A DNA stretch of 64,000 nt, from assembly GCF_001447785.1 (NCBI RefSeq), contig NW_015163606.1, positions 1,452,857 to 1,516,856 on the forward strand, written 5' to 3'. Source of the DNA: Gekko japonicus (Eukaryota). The position numbers and the translations under genes are program-made. Below the pieces are notes generated by a model, which was given only the letters and a program-made list of their open reading frames with translations, was not told where the DNA came from and searched no databases. Below, in pieces: positions 11,241 through 23,224 of the stretch; positions within the stretch are counted from its first letter, which is position 1, and every line of letters begins with the position of its first letter.

Positions 11241-14200
11241 GCAGCCAGATTCTGGGGCAACACATGCTTCCTGGGTACTAAGACTGCTTTCATATGGGGT
11301 CTTTAACCCACTTTGGATTCTTTAAGGATAAAACACCCTTTGGCTTCTGAAGGCAAGTGGAATCTTTTAAAGGTTTCACATACCTCAAAGATAAAGCACT
11401 CTTCTCTCACAGTTAATAATATCTTAATCCAGGTTTTCGAAAACCTGTTTTGGGCCACTGTTTTGTTGTTGTTCTTGTTGTGCTTTGTCCTTTCGGTGTG
11501 TGAAACCGTTAAGAAATGTGTTTGTCTTCAGACATCAAGGTGGGTTTCAAAAGTCCGTATGAAAAGGCACCTAATTTACAACACTACAGCAATTCTTCTC
11601 AGCTCCAAAGGAAATGGTGGATATTTGTTACCTTTTTTCTGTTAGTCATTTTCCACCTTTGCTGAGCATGTACACTCAAATGGAAGGTTCAAAAACCTAG
11701 TTTTCCTTTAGGGTATTCAGTTCTCTTCTTTGTGTACTTTATCCTCTGTGAGTTCTGGTTTTGGATGAGCCATAAGTAGCCTTTGTCACTTTAAGTCATT
11801 CTGACAATGAGCTTAGTGAATCCAATGCAATTTTACTTGAATATTGAATGTGGTTCAAGTTGTTAGTTGGTATATTTTTCGACTTCATCTGTTATCTGGG
11901 GCCCTTGTGTGGCAGATAAGTGATTGTATCACTCCGCCTCCACTCTGTAGGTAATGTGTTCCACATGTAAACATAGTTGCATAGAGGACATATTTGAGTG
12001 ATTTTTCTGCCTCAAAAATAAAGCCACCATAACCCAACACATTCATCAAGTACCTGACATAATCAAATCATTTGTGTTGTGGAAAACAGAGGTCATGTTG
12101 CTTTCCTACCATGCGAATACTCCAGTTGGCGTATGAACATGGACTTGGTGTAAAAATGCAACTGTTGTCCATGAACTGTGCACTGTACATCGCCTGACTT
12201 GAATTACTACCCTCTTCTAACAATCTGATTGTGGATTTAGGAAAATTTCTACAATGTCACTTTCTAAAAGGGGCTTATAACAATATAGTAGTATAGCACC
12301 ACTGAAATTGGCTTCTTCTTGTTGTTGTTTTTTTAAATGCAGATGAGCAGAAAATGACCATGTGTGTGATTCATACCAGCTGCAAACTTGGACTCGAGAC
12401 GCTGCTTTCATGCTAAACTTGCCTACTTCTTCTGACTGAGGGTTCAAAATCCAATTCTTCATTATAGGCTGTTGATATTCAGATTTCTCACAGTGAAGAC
12501 TGGGGTGCAGAAAGAAAGGTTGCTGCCTCTTTCAGCTCCTAGGCTGATGAAATCCTCAGGCAACATACATAATGTGCTAATAGGAGATATTGTGAATCAC
12601 TGTATTCCCCTGGAAAAAAAATGAAAATGCATGAAAGCTCCTGAACAGAATGAGCGTACTGTTACATTTGAAATTGTTAGATTGCACTTCTCTATAATAC
12701 ATCTCAGGTCTAGTCTGCTGGCAATATAGTTTCAATAGATACACTAAGAGAAGTGCCAAGACCAGCTTTCACTGATTTCTTTCCTGTCCTCCCCCCGCCT
12801 TTTTTCTTTTAATCCCTGTGAGGCTCTGTGATTTTTCATAGCTGGACTAAAGTTGTGTCAACGGGAGGCTTGTGCCATAAAGTCTAAAATGTTAAAGAAA
12901 GCCACAAGGAACAGCTTTGAGGCAAGGTTTCAAGCTTTGTCATCACGCTTGAAGAATTTTCTGTTTAATGTACTGTAATGCAGAATTCAANNNNNNNNNN
13001 NNNNNNNNNNNNNNNNNNNNNNNNNNNNNNNNNNNNNNNNNNNNNNNNNNNNNNNNNNNNNNNNNNNNNNNNNNNNNNNNNNNNNNNNNNNNNNNNNNNN
13101 NNNNNNNNNNNNNNNNNNNNNNNNNNNNNNNNNNNNNNNNNNNNNNNNNNNNNNNNNNNNNNNNNNNNNNNNNNNNNNNNNNNNNNNNNNNNNNNNNNNN
13201 NNNNNNNNNNNNNNNNNNNNNNNNNNNNNNNNNNNNNNNNNNNNNNNNNNNNNNNNNNNNNNNNNNNNNNNNGCAGGAAGGCTGGTCGCAGGAATAGAGA
13301 GGAAGGGAGACTAGCAAACATAGCAGCTGATGCTAGAGTAAGGCTTTCCAGGAAAACAAACCAGAGGTTGTGAGAGGGATTAGGAAGGAGATAGCTAATG
13401 ATGTGTATATATTTTTGAAGAAAACAGGGAGTAAAACACTTTTTAATTTACCCGGGAAGGTGGATAAAGTAGCAGGAGGGAAGAAGATGCTGCTGTTAGG
13501 CAAACCCTCTTTAAAAAAATCTCTTTCTTCCCTGAGGCCTAGTATAGCCTCTCTATCAAGCAGTGTAAAAATAGCACTGGACCCTGTCAGTAAGAAAATA
13601 ATACCTTCTATATAAGCCTCAGTGTATTAAACTTTTAACTCTAGAGTTTACATTCCTTCTATTGGGGCGAAGTCAGCCAGAGGGATACACAAGTGGTTCA
13701 AATAATGTATCACTAGATCAACTTCCCATCTCTGTTTCTTTTGTCACCTGCTAAAACAATTTCATGGTTGTTCAGAGAGGGGCTCTAAGCTTTTCATTTT
13801 AAATGTTGCTTTTGCGTAGAATGAAATGTGCATCATCCTGTCACAAGATTAATTTCATTCTTTTTTCACTTGCATCACCTCTCTCTACTCAAGAGCATCT
13901 ATTCTCCAAACCCCAGCAAATCAGAATCCACTATGACCTTCTTCCAAAATTGCCTTTTTGCAAAGAAATCACCTTATTTTCTTAGCTTACTGACTGACGT
14001 TGCTAATACCATGTTTTGTTTTGTTTTAATTATTGTGCATCTTTGATTGTTTGGGGTGCAAAATATGTTTAGAGGTGGAAATTTTCCAGAAAATTTGAAG
14101 CCATGGAAAACCCATTTTTCTGCCCTCCTGAAAAAAACCTGAAATTTTGAGAAAAATTGAAATACATGCAATACTTACGATCCTCTCAAACCTATATTAA

Positions 14201-15248
14201 TATTACTCCTTTAACAACATAAAATGCATCATTTATAACTTAGTCTATAAAATTGCAATATTTGACATATTTATAGAACGTAAAAGTTATCAGTGCCTTA
14301 GTTTTATACAAGAAGATTGCAAATATATCCAATACTTGAGAGAAAACTGAAAGCTGAAACATAATACACTATCTTAGAACACATATCTTAATTTTTGCTC
14401 TCTGGTTAGAGAGGGTTCTCAATGAAACTTTCAGTTTTCAGTTTTCTTCTGAGGTTTTGGTGCAGTTTCTGTCCCATCCCCTTCTGATCTTTTTTCTTCC
14501 TCATGCAAGGTAGTGCAATAGCCACTTTTTAAACTAAATCTGTCACAGTGGTTTGAGGGAGTGATGAAAAGGTCAGCCACAAGTCAGGTCAAAAGGACAA
14601 CAGAAGGTATGCAACAGCTGAAAAGCAATGAGAGCCTTGCATGCTCTCCTCATGAAGATCAGGTATCATTCTAGGTGCAGAAAAATATATGTTGAATTTA
14701 AGAGCTGTATATGTCTCCAACATGTCCACCTTGTCTTTAAAGGCATTTCAGTCATTCAAAAAGAGAAAACTTTCCAGAACATAGATTTCACCTTTTTCCT
14801 TACTTGACACTAAAATTAAGGGGGGGGGGTGAGGTTGGGTGAAATCCATTCTGTACACTGTTATTTATGTACAGGACAGAGGAATTCGTTTATGTGCCTA
14901 TAAATTCCCCTGCAAAGAAGCACTTTGGGGGGGGTTTCATGAACACCTTTGCAAAAGGGTACAAAAGTGTTCACAAGGGACTAGAGAACAGGGATCTAGT
15001 CACAAGTCACACATGATTGACCAGATGCAGCAAACAATGGATAGGGGATCTGCATCCATATTGAAACTGATAAAGTATGAGTAGACAGCATCTGTATCCA
15101 GAGGTATATCCTGCTTGGCATCCCACCACAGTTAAGCACATGCAACTTAAGAAGCTGGATCAGGACAAAAGTCTAGCAGTTCTGTCAGGGAATTAAAACC
15201 CCAGTACAGTGCTGCAAGACAGGGAGTAGCAGCCCAGTTCCCTTAGAA

Positions 15249-15370
15249 CAGAGGCATCAAACTCATTTGTTACGAGGGCCGGATCTGACATAAATGTCAC
15301 TCTGTCAGGCTGGGCCATGTGTGCCATAAAATGTAACATGAGGCATCAGGGATATAAACTTTATAAAGAT
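15249..15370 (+). mobile_element. hAT MITE left end, truncated by a PLE (same family as 31321-32706)
   Basis: cagaggcatcaaactcatttgttacgagggccggatctgacataaatgtca closely matches 31321-31400. Confidence 0.75.
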
Positions 15371-15371
15371 G

Positions 15372-15958
15372 ATTTCAGATGTTGAATGGCAATAGCAGGT
15401 ATGATTGGATTAGGTGTGATATACAGAGGGGTAGTAGGCATGGAGATATCAACATTGGTAATGAGACAGGAAACCTAGGTCTCAATTTGGTACATGAGGA
15501 TTCAGTCCAGGAGGATGCAAAGAATAGAAATAAGTCTAAAGAAGTGAGCAGTGACTCACAGAAGCACATACCCTACCACAAATTTTGTTAGACTTTAAGG
15601 TGCTACTGGACCTTTGTCTTTCTACTGCTATCAGAAACCACAACATTCAAAAACCAGTGGGAGGACATTTTAACCTTCCAGGACATTCAGTTGCTGACCT
15701 AAGAGTAACAGTTGCCCAGTCTCTTCTACAAAGTTACAAAGGAATTTCAAAGGGAGATTAGAAAGAGAGACTGCTGAAATGATAATGAAGCTCAAAACAA
15801 TGCATCCTCCTGGACTGAATTGAGACCTAGGTTTCTTCTCTCATTACCCATGCCTGCTATTGTCATTTGGCATCTGAAATCACTGAAATCACTCTCCAAG
15901 ATATAAGGGCAATTTTTTGGTTTGCCTTTTAGGTGCTACTGGACTCCTGCTCCCTTTC
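15372..15958 (+). mobile_element. Penelope-like element remnant (GIY-YIG C-terminus, inverted and direct pLTR pieces)
   Basis: 15630+ reads IRNHNIQKPVGGHFNLPGHSVADLRVTV...RNFKGRLERETAE..MKLKTMHPPGLN*DLGF; 15372-15520 is an inverted copy of the end; decayed hammerhead motif at 15530-15575. Confidence 0.8.
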
Positions 15959-16303
15959 ANNNNNNNNNNNNNNNNNNNNNNNNNNNNNNNNNNNNNNNNN
16001 NNNNNNNNNNNNNNNNNNNNNNNNNNNNNNNNNNNNNNNNNNNNNNNNNNNNNNNNNNNNNNNNNNNNNNNNNNNNNNNNNNNNNNNNNNNNNNNNNNNN
16101 NNNNNNNNNNNNNNNNNNNNNNNNNNNNNNNNNNNNNNNNNNNNNNNNNNNNNNNNNNNNNNNNNNNNNNNNNNNNNNNNNNNNNNNNNNNNNNNNNNNN
16201 NNNNNNNNNNNNNNNNNNNNNNNNNNNNNNNNNNNNNNNNNNNNNNNNNNNNNNNNNNNNNNNNNNNNNNNNNNNNNNNNNNNNNNNNNNNNNNNNNNNN
16301 NNN

Positions 16304-16402
16304 GATCGTAGTTTTAAATAGATCCCAAGCTTCCCCAATTGTTTTGACCCTTTCTACTTTTCCTTTCAGTTTCCTCCCCACGTGTCCCCTCATATCAGAG
16401 AA
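16304..16402 (-). mobile_element. CR1 ORF2 fragment abutting the gap and truncating the DIRS gag
   Basis: FSDMRGHVGRKLKGKVERVKTIGEAWDLFKTTI resembles the CR1 region between EN and RT. Confidence 0.7.
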
Positions 16403-17368
16403 TCCCCTTTGGAAGTCTTAAAATCCTACAGGGATTTCATCAAGTGGATGGCTAACACATTCACTCTGTCTATAGTACAGCCCCCGCCTACTGTGTCAGA
16501 CTCCGTGTTCGATATCGCCCAGATGGACACCTCTACCCTGATTGCCTTACTGATGATTTTGGTCCTCCTTCAGGCGGCTAAAGTCCCATGGTCTCACCCA
16601 GCATCTAACCCCGTCTCGAGCCGGAGGGTAGATCATATGTATAAGGTACAGGAGCAGGGTGCTGAATTTCTGTTTACCCACCCTAAACCTAATTCTGTCA
16701 TAGTCACTTCTTCCTCCAAGGGCAGATGGAGTCATTCCACCCTCTCTGAGAAAGAAGGAAGGAAACTTGATTCGGTTGGAAGAAAATTTTATTCTGCAGA
16801 AGCACTTGGCATCAAGACCTGAAACTATACAGCATGTATGGGGAGATATCAGTTTGCTCTTTGGAAGCAGATGTCTGAATTTATTGCAACCCTCCCTGAG
16901 GACGCTAACCGTAAGGCTTGCAGGATTCAAAAGGAGGGAATGCTTTTCGCTAAGCATCAGCTCAATGCAGCTAAGCACACATTGGATGCGGCCGCCAAAA
17001 CACTGACTTTAGCTGTTACCCTCCGACGTCACTCCTGGTTGCATTCTACTGCCCTACTGCAGGACACTAGGACTCTTATTGAGGATCTTCCATTCAAAGG
17101 TGAGGGCCTTTTCAGTGTCACAACTGATACAGTCCTCCTAGACAAAAGTATAAAGATGTCGCGAAATTTAGGAGTCACGTCAGGTCCTAAACTATCCAAA
17201 GCGAAATCCTGGAACAAGCCATGGTCTCGCAGATCCTCTCTTAAGTCGTCCCCGGAAACACAGTGGCAATGCTCACCCACTGTGTCTTCCCACCCTTATG
17301 GGCACAAACCAAAATTCTCATCCGTCTCTCAGCCTAAGACTTCGAAAGCTTCAAAGCAGAGCCTTTGA
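16403..17368 (+). pseudogene. DIRS gag/ORF1 (LAP2alpha-domain-like), in-frame stop at 16820-16822
   Basis: ORFs 16382-16822 and 16838-17368 share a frame; SEKEGRKLDSVGRKFYS..NY.ACMGRYQFALW..AVTLRRHSWL..IEDLPFKGEGLFS are DIRS gag-type motifs. Confidence 0.8.
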
Positions 17369-17369
17369 C

Positions 17370-19207
17370 TCCTGTCGTCCCACCCCTACCTGCCTGTCTC
17401 TCTACCTGGCCGCTTGGCAGCGAATAACATCAGACCGGTGGGTACTTTCCGTCATCGAAAAGGGGTACCTTATAGAATTTATCCAGGTACCCGAAGCCCC
17501 CAACTTCATAATTACTCCACTATCCAGTACTCTTCTGGAAGAAATTCAAAACCTTCTTCAAAAGGACGCTATAGAACCAGTCCCAACAGCACAGCGTCAA
17601 CACGGGTTCTACTCCCGTTATTTTACAGTCCCCCAAAAAGACAGAGGACTCCATCCTATTATGGACCTCAGGGGACTCAAGCGGTTTATCTCCTATCGGA
17701 AATTTCGAATGACAACATTACAAAGCATTCTCCCCCTTCTCAGCGAAGGTGTTTGGATGGTAACCCTGGACTTGCAAGACGCATATTTCCATGTAACTAT
17801 CTACCCATCTCACAGGAAGTTTTTGCGTTTTGCAGTCGCGGAAGGCCATTTTCAGTACAATGTCCTTCCTTTTGGACTCTCGACAGTGCCCAGAGTCTTT
17901 ACAAAAATTATGATTACCATCGTGGCATACCTCCGTCTCCAGAGAGTACGGATCTTTCTGTACATAGACGATTGGTTGCTGGTAGCAAGCTCCAGAGAGA
18001 CTCTGCTTAACAATATCGATTTAACACTGGTCCCCTTAGATGCATTGGGCCTGAGGGTGAACCTGAAAAAGTCAATGCTCCTTCCTTCATTGAGAGTCCA
18101 GTTTATCAGAGCAATTTTGGATTCAACTGTCTGTCAAGCCTTCCTCCCTCCCAAAAGGGCGGGAGACATTATTGCTCTCATCAACCTGATAAAAATACAG
18201 GGAGATGCATCAGTGAAGCAGATTCAATGGTTCTTGGGTCTGATGGCCGCCACCACAGCGGTACTTGTCTTCACCAGACTACAGATGAGACTACTTCAGG
18301 TGTGGTTCCTCAAAAGTTTCCATCCACAGTGGCAGCCCCAATGTCAATGGTTCGTGCTACCTGTACAAGTGCTGAATTCCTTACAGTGGTGGGAAACTCC
18401 GGACAACCTCCTTCAGGGAGCCCCATTTCTTGCACCCATCCCCAAAATGACTCTAACCACGGATGCATCCCTGTGGGGATGGGGGGCTCACCTCCAAGGT
18501 GTTTGTGTGGGCACCAAATGGGAACCTCATGTGGCCCACAAACACATCAACTTCCTGGTACTGCTCGCCATCCAGTATGCCTTAAGGCTTATCTTGTGGC
18601 TTATCGTACGGTGGCAATCCTGACAGCCAACACCACCACACTATGTTACCTGAACAGGCAAGGTGGGACAGTGTCCAGGGGACTCTGTCGACTGGCCTGG
18701 GAGATTTGGACCGAGTGTCAATCCCGGGCCATGTTTATCATTGCTGCTCACCTGCCAGGATTGCTCAATGTGCATGCGGACTTTCTGAGCAGAGGAGTCA
18801 CATCCCTCCACGAGTGGGAGCTCAACTGGGCTTACCTCCGACCAGTTTTCCACAGATGGGGTCACCCAGAAATTGATGCATTTGCAACGCGTCAGAACGC
18901 GAAGTGACGTCTGTTGTCTATCTGTGGGGAACGGCCTTCTGTTCCTATGGTCCCACAGATACATGTACCTGTTTCCACCAATTCCTCTACTTACCAGAGT
19001 ACTGAGCAAGATCATGAAGGAACAACCTCAATGCATCCTTGTGGCACCTTGGTGGTCACATCAGCACTGGTTCCCAACTCTACTCCACATGTCCGGGGCA
19101 CATACATGCATTTTCTCCGGGCACCAGATCTCCTCCTGGCTCATGAGGGCAGAGTGCTTCACCACGATGTACTACACCTCAAACTCACGGCGTGGAGGAT
19201 CCCCTAG
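17370..19207 (+). pseudogene. DIRS pol: RT, RNase H and adenine-methyltransferase-like domain, with about 3 frameshifts
   Basis: GFYSRYF, LDLQDAYFH, LPFGLS..PRVFTK, YIDD; TDASLWGWG, HINFL, NTTT..YLNRQGG, HLPG..N..ADFLSR; IDAFATRQN, YLFPP; C-terminal LKLTAWRI. Confidence 0.95.
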
Positions 19208-20213
19208 CACAGCTCAAAAACAGGATAGACCTTGTTCTGTTGAACTGTCGGAAGCCAGCTACACGCGCTTCCTATGAAGGGAAGTGGAAGAAATTTCCTG
19301 TCTTACCTCACGTTGTTGGGTTTACCACCGCCCCCTACAGACTTGAGGATAGTTTTTGGATTTTTGTTGACCCGCCTGGACTTGGGTCCTCTTTAAGAGT
19401 CTATTTAGCCACCATTTCTGCCAGTCATTCTACAGTGGACGGCTATTCTGTTTTTTCTCACTTGCAAATGAAGCAGTTTTTGAAGGGCCTCACTCACCTC
19501 TTTCCTCCGGCTCGTGGGCCGACTCCCTCCTGGGACTTACCTCTAGTACTGTCCAGATTAACGGGCAAACTGAGCCAATGGCCACGTCTAGTCTGCTGCT
19601 TCTCTCGTGGAAGACTGCCATCCTAGTAGCCATTACCTCAGCAAGACGAGTGAGCGAATTGTCTGCACTCCATTAAGATTCTCTGTATTTGGTCTTTCAC
19701 CATGATGGTGTCACCTTGGCCCCGGACTTCTCTTTCCCGCCTAAAGTTGTTTCCGAGTTCCATTTGCAAGTGGACATTGCTCTTCTGACATTTCCCCCGT
19801 CCCCTATGAGCGATGAGGAACACCGTCTTCATACTCTACACGTCAAGAGAGCCATACTCTTCTACCTTGATAGGACAAGGTCATTCTGTCAGTCACCAGC
19901 CTTGTTCGTCTCCTATAGCACACCTGTGCTGAGAAAGAAACTCTCTTCGCAATTTCTATCCAAGTGGATTGTGGAAACCATCAAACTATGCTACGTACTG
20001 GCAAAACAGCCATTTCTGGGCCCACTCCGAGCGCATTCCACCCAGGCAGTAGCCACATCCACAGCCTTCCTGAGAGGGTCATCGCTCATTGACATCTGTC
20101 AAGCAGCAACCTGGGCTACCCCCCACACGTTCGTGAAGCATTATGCCCTAGATGTGCGTCTTCATCAATGTTCTGTGGTGGGATGGACAGTGTTGCAGGC
20201 GGCGCAAGTCTAG
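19192..20213 (+). pseudogene. DIRS tyrosine recombinase (frameshifted, stop, catalytic HSTR changed to HSTQ)
   Basis: RKPATRASYEGKWKKF, SWDLPLVL, TSARRVSEL, RAHSTQ, ICQAATWATPHTFVKHY. Confidence 0.92.
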
Positions 20214-20260
20214 GACCTTCAGCTCCCTCCTCCAGGTAGGCCTGTTTGGCTTGCTAATCT

Positions 20261-20350
20261 CCCAGAGGTGTGAATCACAGAGACCACGAAGAAGATAAAC
20301 AGGTTGCTTACCTGTAACTGATGATCTTCGAGTGGTCATCCGTGCATTCC
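20261..20350 (+). repeat. DIRS internal complementary region (ICR)
   Basis: 20297-20349 is the near-perfect reverse complement of 20569-20621; 20261-20280 repeats 20558-20579. Confidence 0.9.
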
Positions 20351-20557
20351 CACCACCCGCTCTCCTTCCCCTCTGCTTTCGGTCCTCTCATTTTTATTAC
20401 TCTGAGGCTGATGGCAGCGGTCAGAAGGAACTGGCGGGATTGTTGTGCCCCTCCCTTGGTCATGCACTGTGGGGTCGGCGCTTGAATGGGGAGTGGGCAC
20501 GAAAATCCCTTTCGCTTTCAAGAGGAACCGATCGAGGTCGGCGCAGGCACACTATAT

Positions 20558-20622
20558 CCCAGAGGTGTGAATACACAGATGACTACTCGAAGATTGTCAG
20601 TTACAGGTAAGCAACCTATTTT
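20558..20622 (+). repeat. DIRS right terminal repeat end
   Basis: cccagaggtgtgaatacacagatgactactcgaagattgtcagttacaggtaagcaacctatttt. Confidence 0.85.
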
Positions 20623-21134
20623 TTGTTAAGCACAACAAGCTATTCACTTTTTTAAAAGGAAATAATATGCTCATAGCACAAAACTCCCTAGGCGTAACCT
20701 ACTTTGCAAGGTTGTTGAAAGGATAAACAGGGTATGTTGTGCATACGCTTCCCAAGTTGCTTGCTCTGGCATCCTCATCTCCCTGCCTGCTCTTGCCTAT
20801 TCTCACCCACTGAGCAGCAGTAATGATGTCATGGATGCAATGGCAGCAATTCCAATTGCTGTGTCTGCAATGCTCTAGGGATTTCCCCAATCTCTATGCT
20901 TTTATCATACTTATTTGGTGGAATTTGTAGAGTGTTACTAACACAATGACATAACTTTTGGGAAGTAACATTGATAGGTCAGCAGTCATTGTCCTCCCCA
21001 TACTAACTAGAATATAGATGCCCTCTGTGTGAATAGCTACTAAAGCAAAAGTAGTCTTCTGATTCCTAAAAAATGTTAATATGTTATTCTTTGCCTACAT
21101 GAAATGGCGTTAATGTGCTCTATAAGGAACTCAG

Positions 21135-22205
21135 AAGAACTGGTGCAGAGTTTCAGGCTGGGATGTCACCAGTATGCTGATGACACGCAGCTATATCTGT
21201 TGGTGGGTGGCTGGCCACATACCACTCCTGTGAATTTGGCTGAGGATTTGGAAGCCATGGTGAGATGGTTAAAGCAGAGTCAGTTGAGACTGAATCCTGA
21301 TAAGATGGAGGTTTGTGGCTGGGCAGGGGGGGATAAGGGTTTTGGAGATTGACTCCTGGTTCTTGACATTGTGCCCTTATTACTGGCACCAACTGTCAAG
21401 AGCCTTCTTATCAGTGGAGGCCCAGATCACAAATGTTGCCAGACTGGCATTTTTCTAGCTGGGCCAAGTCAGGCAACTGGCTCCTTACCTGTCTTGCCCT
21501 GACCTAGCCACAGTAGTCCAGGCAATGGTTACCTCCAGGCTAGACTACGGTAACATGCTCTATGTAGGGCTGCCCTTGAGGCTGACCCAGTAACCCGTAG
21601 TATGGCACACATTCATCCTGTGCCGCATGAGCTGCACTGGCTTCCAGTGGAGTACCAGATCAGATTCAAGGTTCTGGTGTTAACCTTTAAGGCCCTTATG
21701 GCCTGGGACCCATGTACCTTTGGGCCCACCTCTCCTGGTACACCCCAGAAGAGCTTTACGCTCTCGATAAGAACTTCCTGGTGGTCCCAGGCCCAAGAGA
21801 CATCCAGCTTTCCTCAGCTAGGGCCAATGCTTTTTCTGCTCTGGCCTTACCTGGTAGAACTCTCTGCCAAATAACATCCATGTTCTGTTATGCTTGTTGC
21901 CGTTCCGCAGGGCATGTAAGGCAGAGACGTTCCACCAGACATTCAGTTGAGGACAGTGACGGTATTCCATCTAGTCTGGCACTCTTCCTCCTCTTTCTTC
22001 CCCGCCCACCTCATTTACAAGGCAATGATATTCCAGAAATTATCACCATCAGATTGGCTTAGTCTGCTGTAAATTGTATTTTGTGTATTAATTTAATTTT
22101 GAAATCTTCTGTAAGATTGTATTTTTTATCACTGTTGTATACCGCCATGAGCCCTGTTTTTCAGGGGAAGGGTGGCCTAAAAGTCAAAATAAATACATAA
22201 ATAAC
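21135..22205 (+). mobile_element. L2 LINE 3' fragment
   Basis: CHQYADDTQLY, LRLNPDKME, HIHPV.HELHWLPVEYQIRFKVLVLTFKAL; L2 tail ccgccatgagcc...aataaatacataaataa. Confidence 0.9.
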
Positions 22206-22254
22206 CATGCTGGGGTATGCCATAAAATTCATTCTGTCTCCCCCCACCCCACCA

Positions 22255-23220
22255 TCCTTCTCGAGAAAGAGGAAATATAGTGGTACCACCTCCTGGAAAG
22301 GAGTCTAGATTTCTAAAGGTACTTCAGTACTTCTTATACATTGGGAGTTCGATTAACTTATTCAGTCCTGAAAGGCTCCTACTTTCACATTTCATTTTGC
22401 CCAGAACATCACAAATTTTTATGTTTGGTTTTTGGACATGCCCACTAACAATATACAGTGCTTCCCTTTGGCTTTTCCACTGCCCCGGGAGTGTTCACTA
22501 AGTTCAAGATAGCAATGGCAGTGCATCTTCAGCATCAAGAGATAACCCATTTTCCCCTGCATAAACAACTGGAGATCTTGTCTGTCTTTCTCCGTTCCAT
22601 GAGAACAACTCTGCATGCTCTATGTACCCTGGACTGATGTGTCCACCCTCACCCTGTAAGAGCTATACAGTTTATAGGGATAACCTTAAATTCTGTGTCT
22701 GGGAGGACTTTCCTCGTCATTATTTGTCTGGTCACCATCACCATAATTATTTGTCTGATCACTTTTTCCTGCAACATTGTCTGCAGACAGCTGGGAAGAT
22801 CCAGCAGTTATCAGGACTCGTGGCAGTTTTATAGCCATAATCTGGTTTACCTGGCTGAGGTTCACCAGGCCTGTGAAGTACTGTCTAAAATAGTTGTTTA
22901 TTCAATCTATGATAGAGATCTCTGATAGACCCACCATCACTACTATTAAGTACAACGTCACTTCAGTAACCACCCATTTGGCGGGCAAAGAAAACACTTT
23001 GGTAGATTCCCCAAACCAAAATGGGATAAGTACACATGAGTGATCTTTCAGTGACACCTACTTATGCAGCCCAGGCAGCCCTATGCAACACTTTCCAGTG
23101 GGGACACTCAGAATGACAATATGAGTGTTCTGTTGAAAACTCTTGCCTTTAGGACCAACTGGCCTTTTAAGGCAAAAGAAAGATGGAGCTGCATTATATA
23201 TGTAGCCTGTATGGCACCAT
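22255..23220 (+). mobile_element. Second, highly degraded DIRS element (RT/RNase H relic), probably continuing at ~24783-25050
   Basis: Manual translation: LKGSYFHISFCPEHHKFL..H*QYTVLPFGFSTAPGVFTKFKIAMAVHLQHQEI(fs)IFPCINNW; THLAGKENTLVDS. Confidence 0.75.
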
Positions 23221-23224
23221 GCAG

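Larger units (their letters stand above)
16403..20622 (+). mobile_element. DIRS1-like tyrosine-recombinase retrotransposon (5' end missing, inactivated)
   Basis: gag, RT/RH/MT, YR gene order; ICR complementary to the right terminus. Confidence 0.95.
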
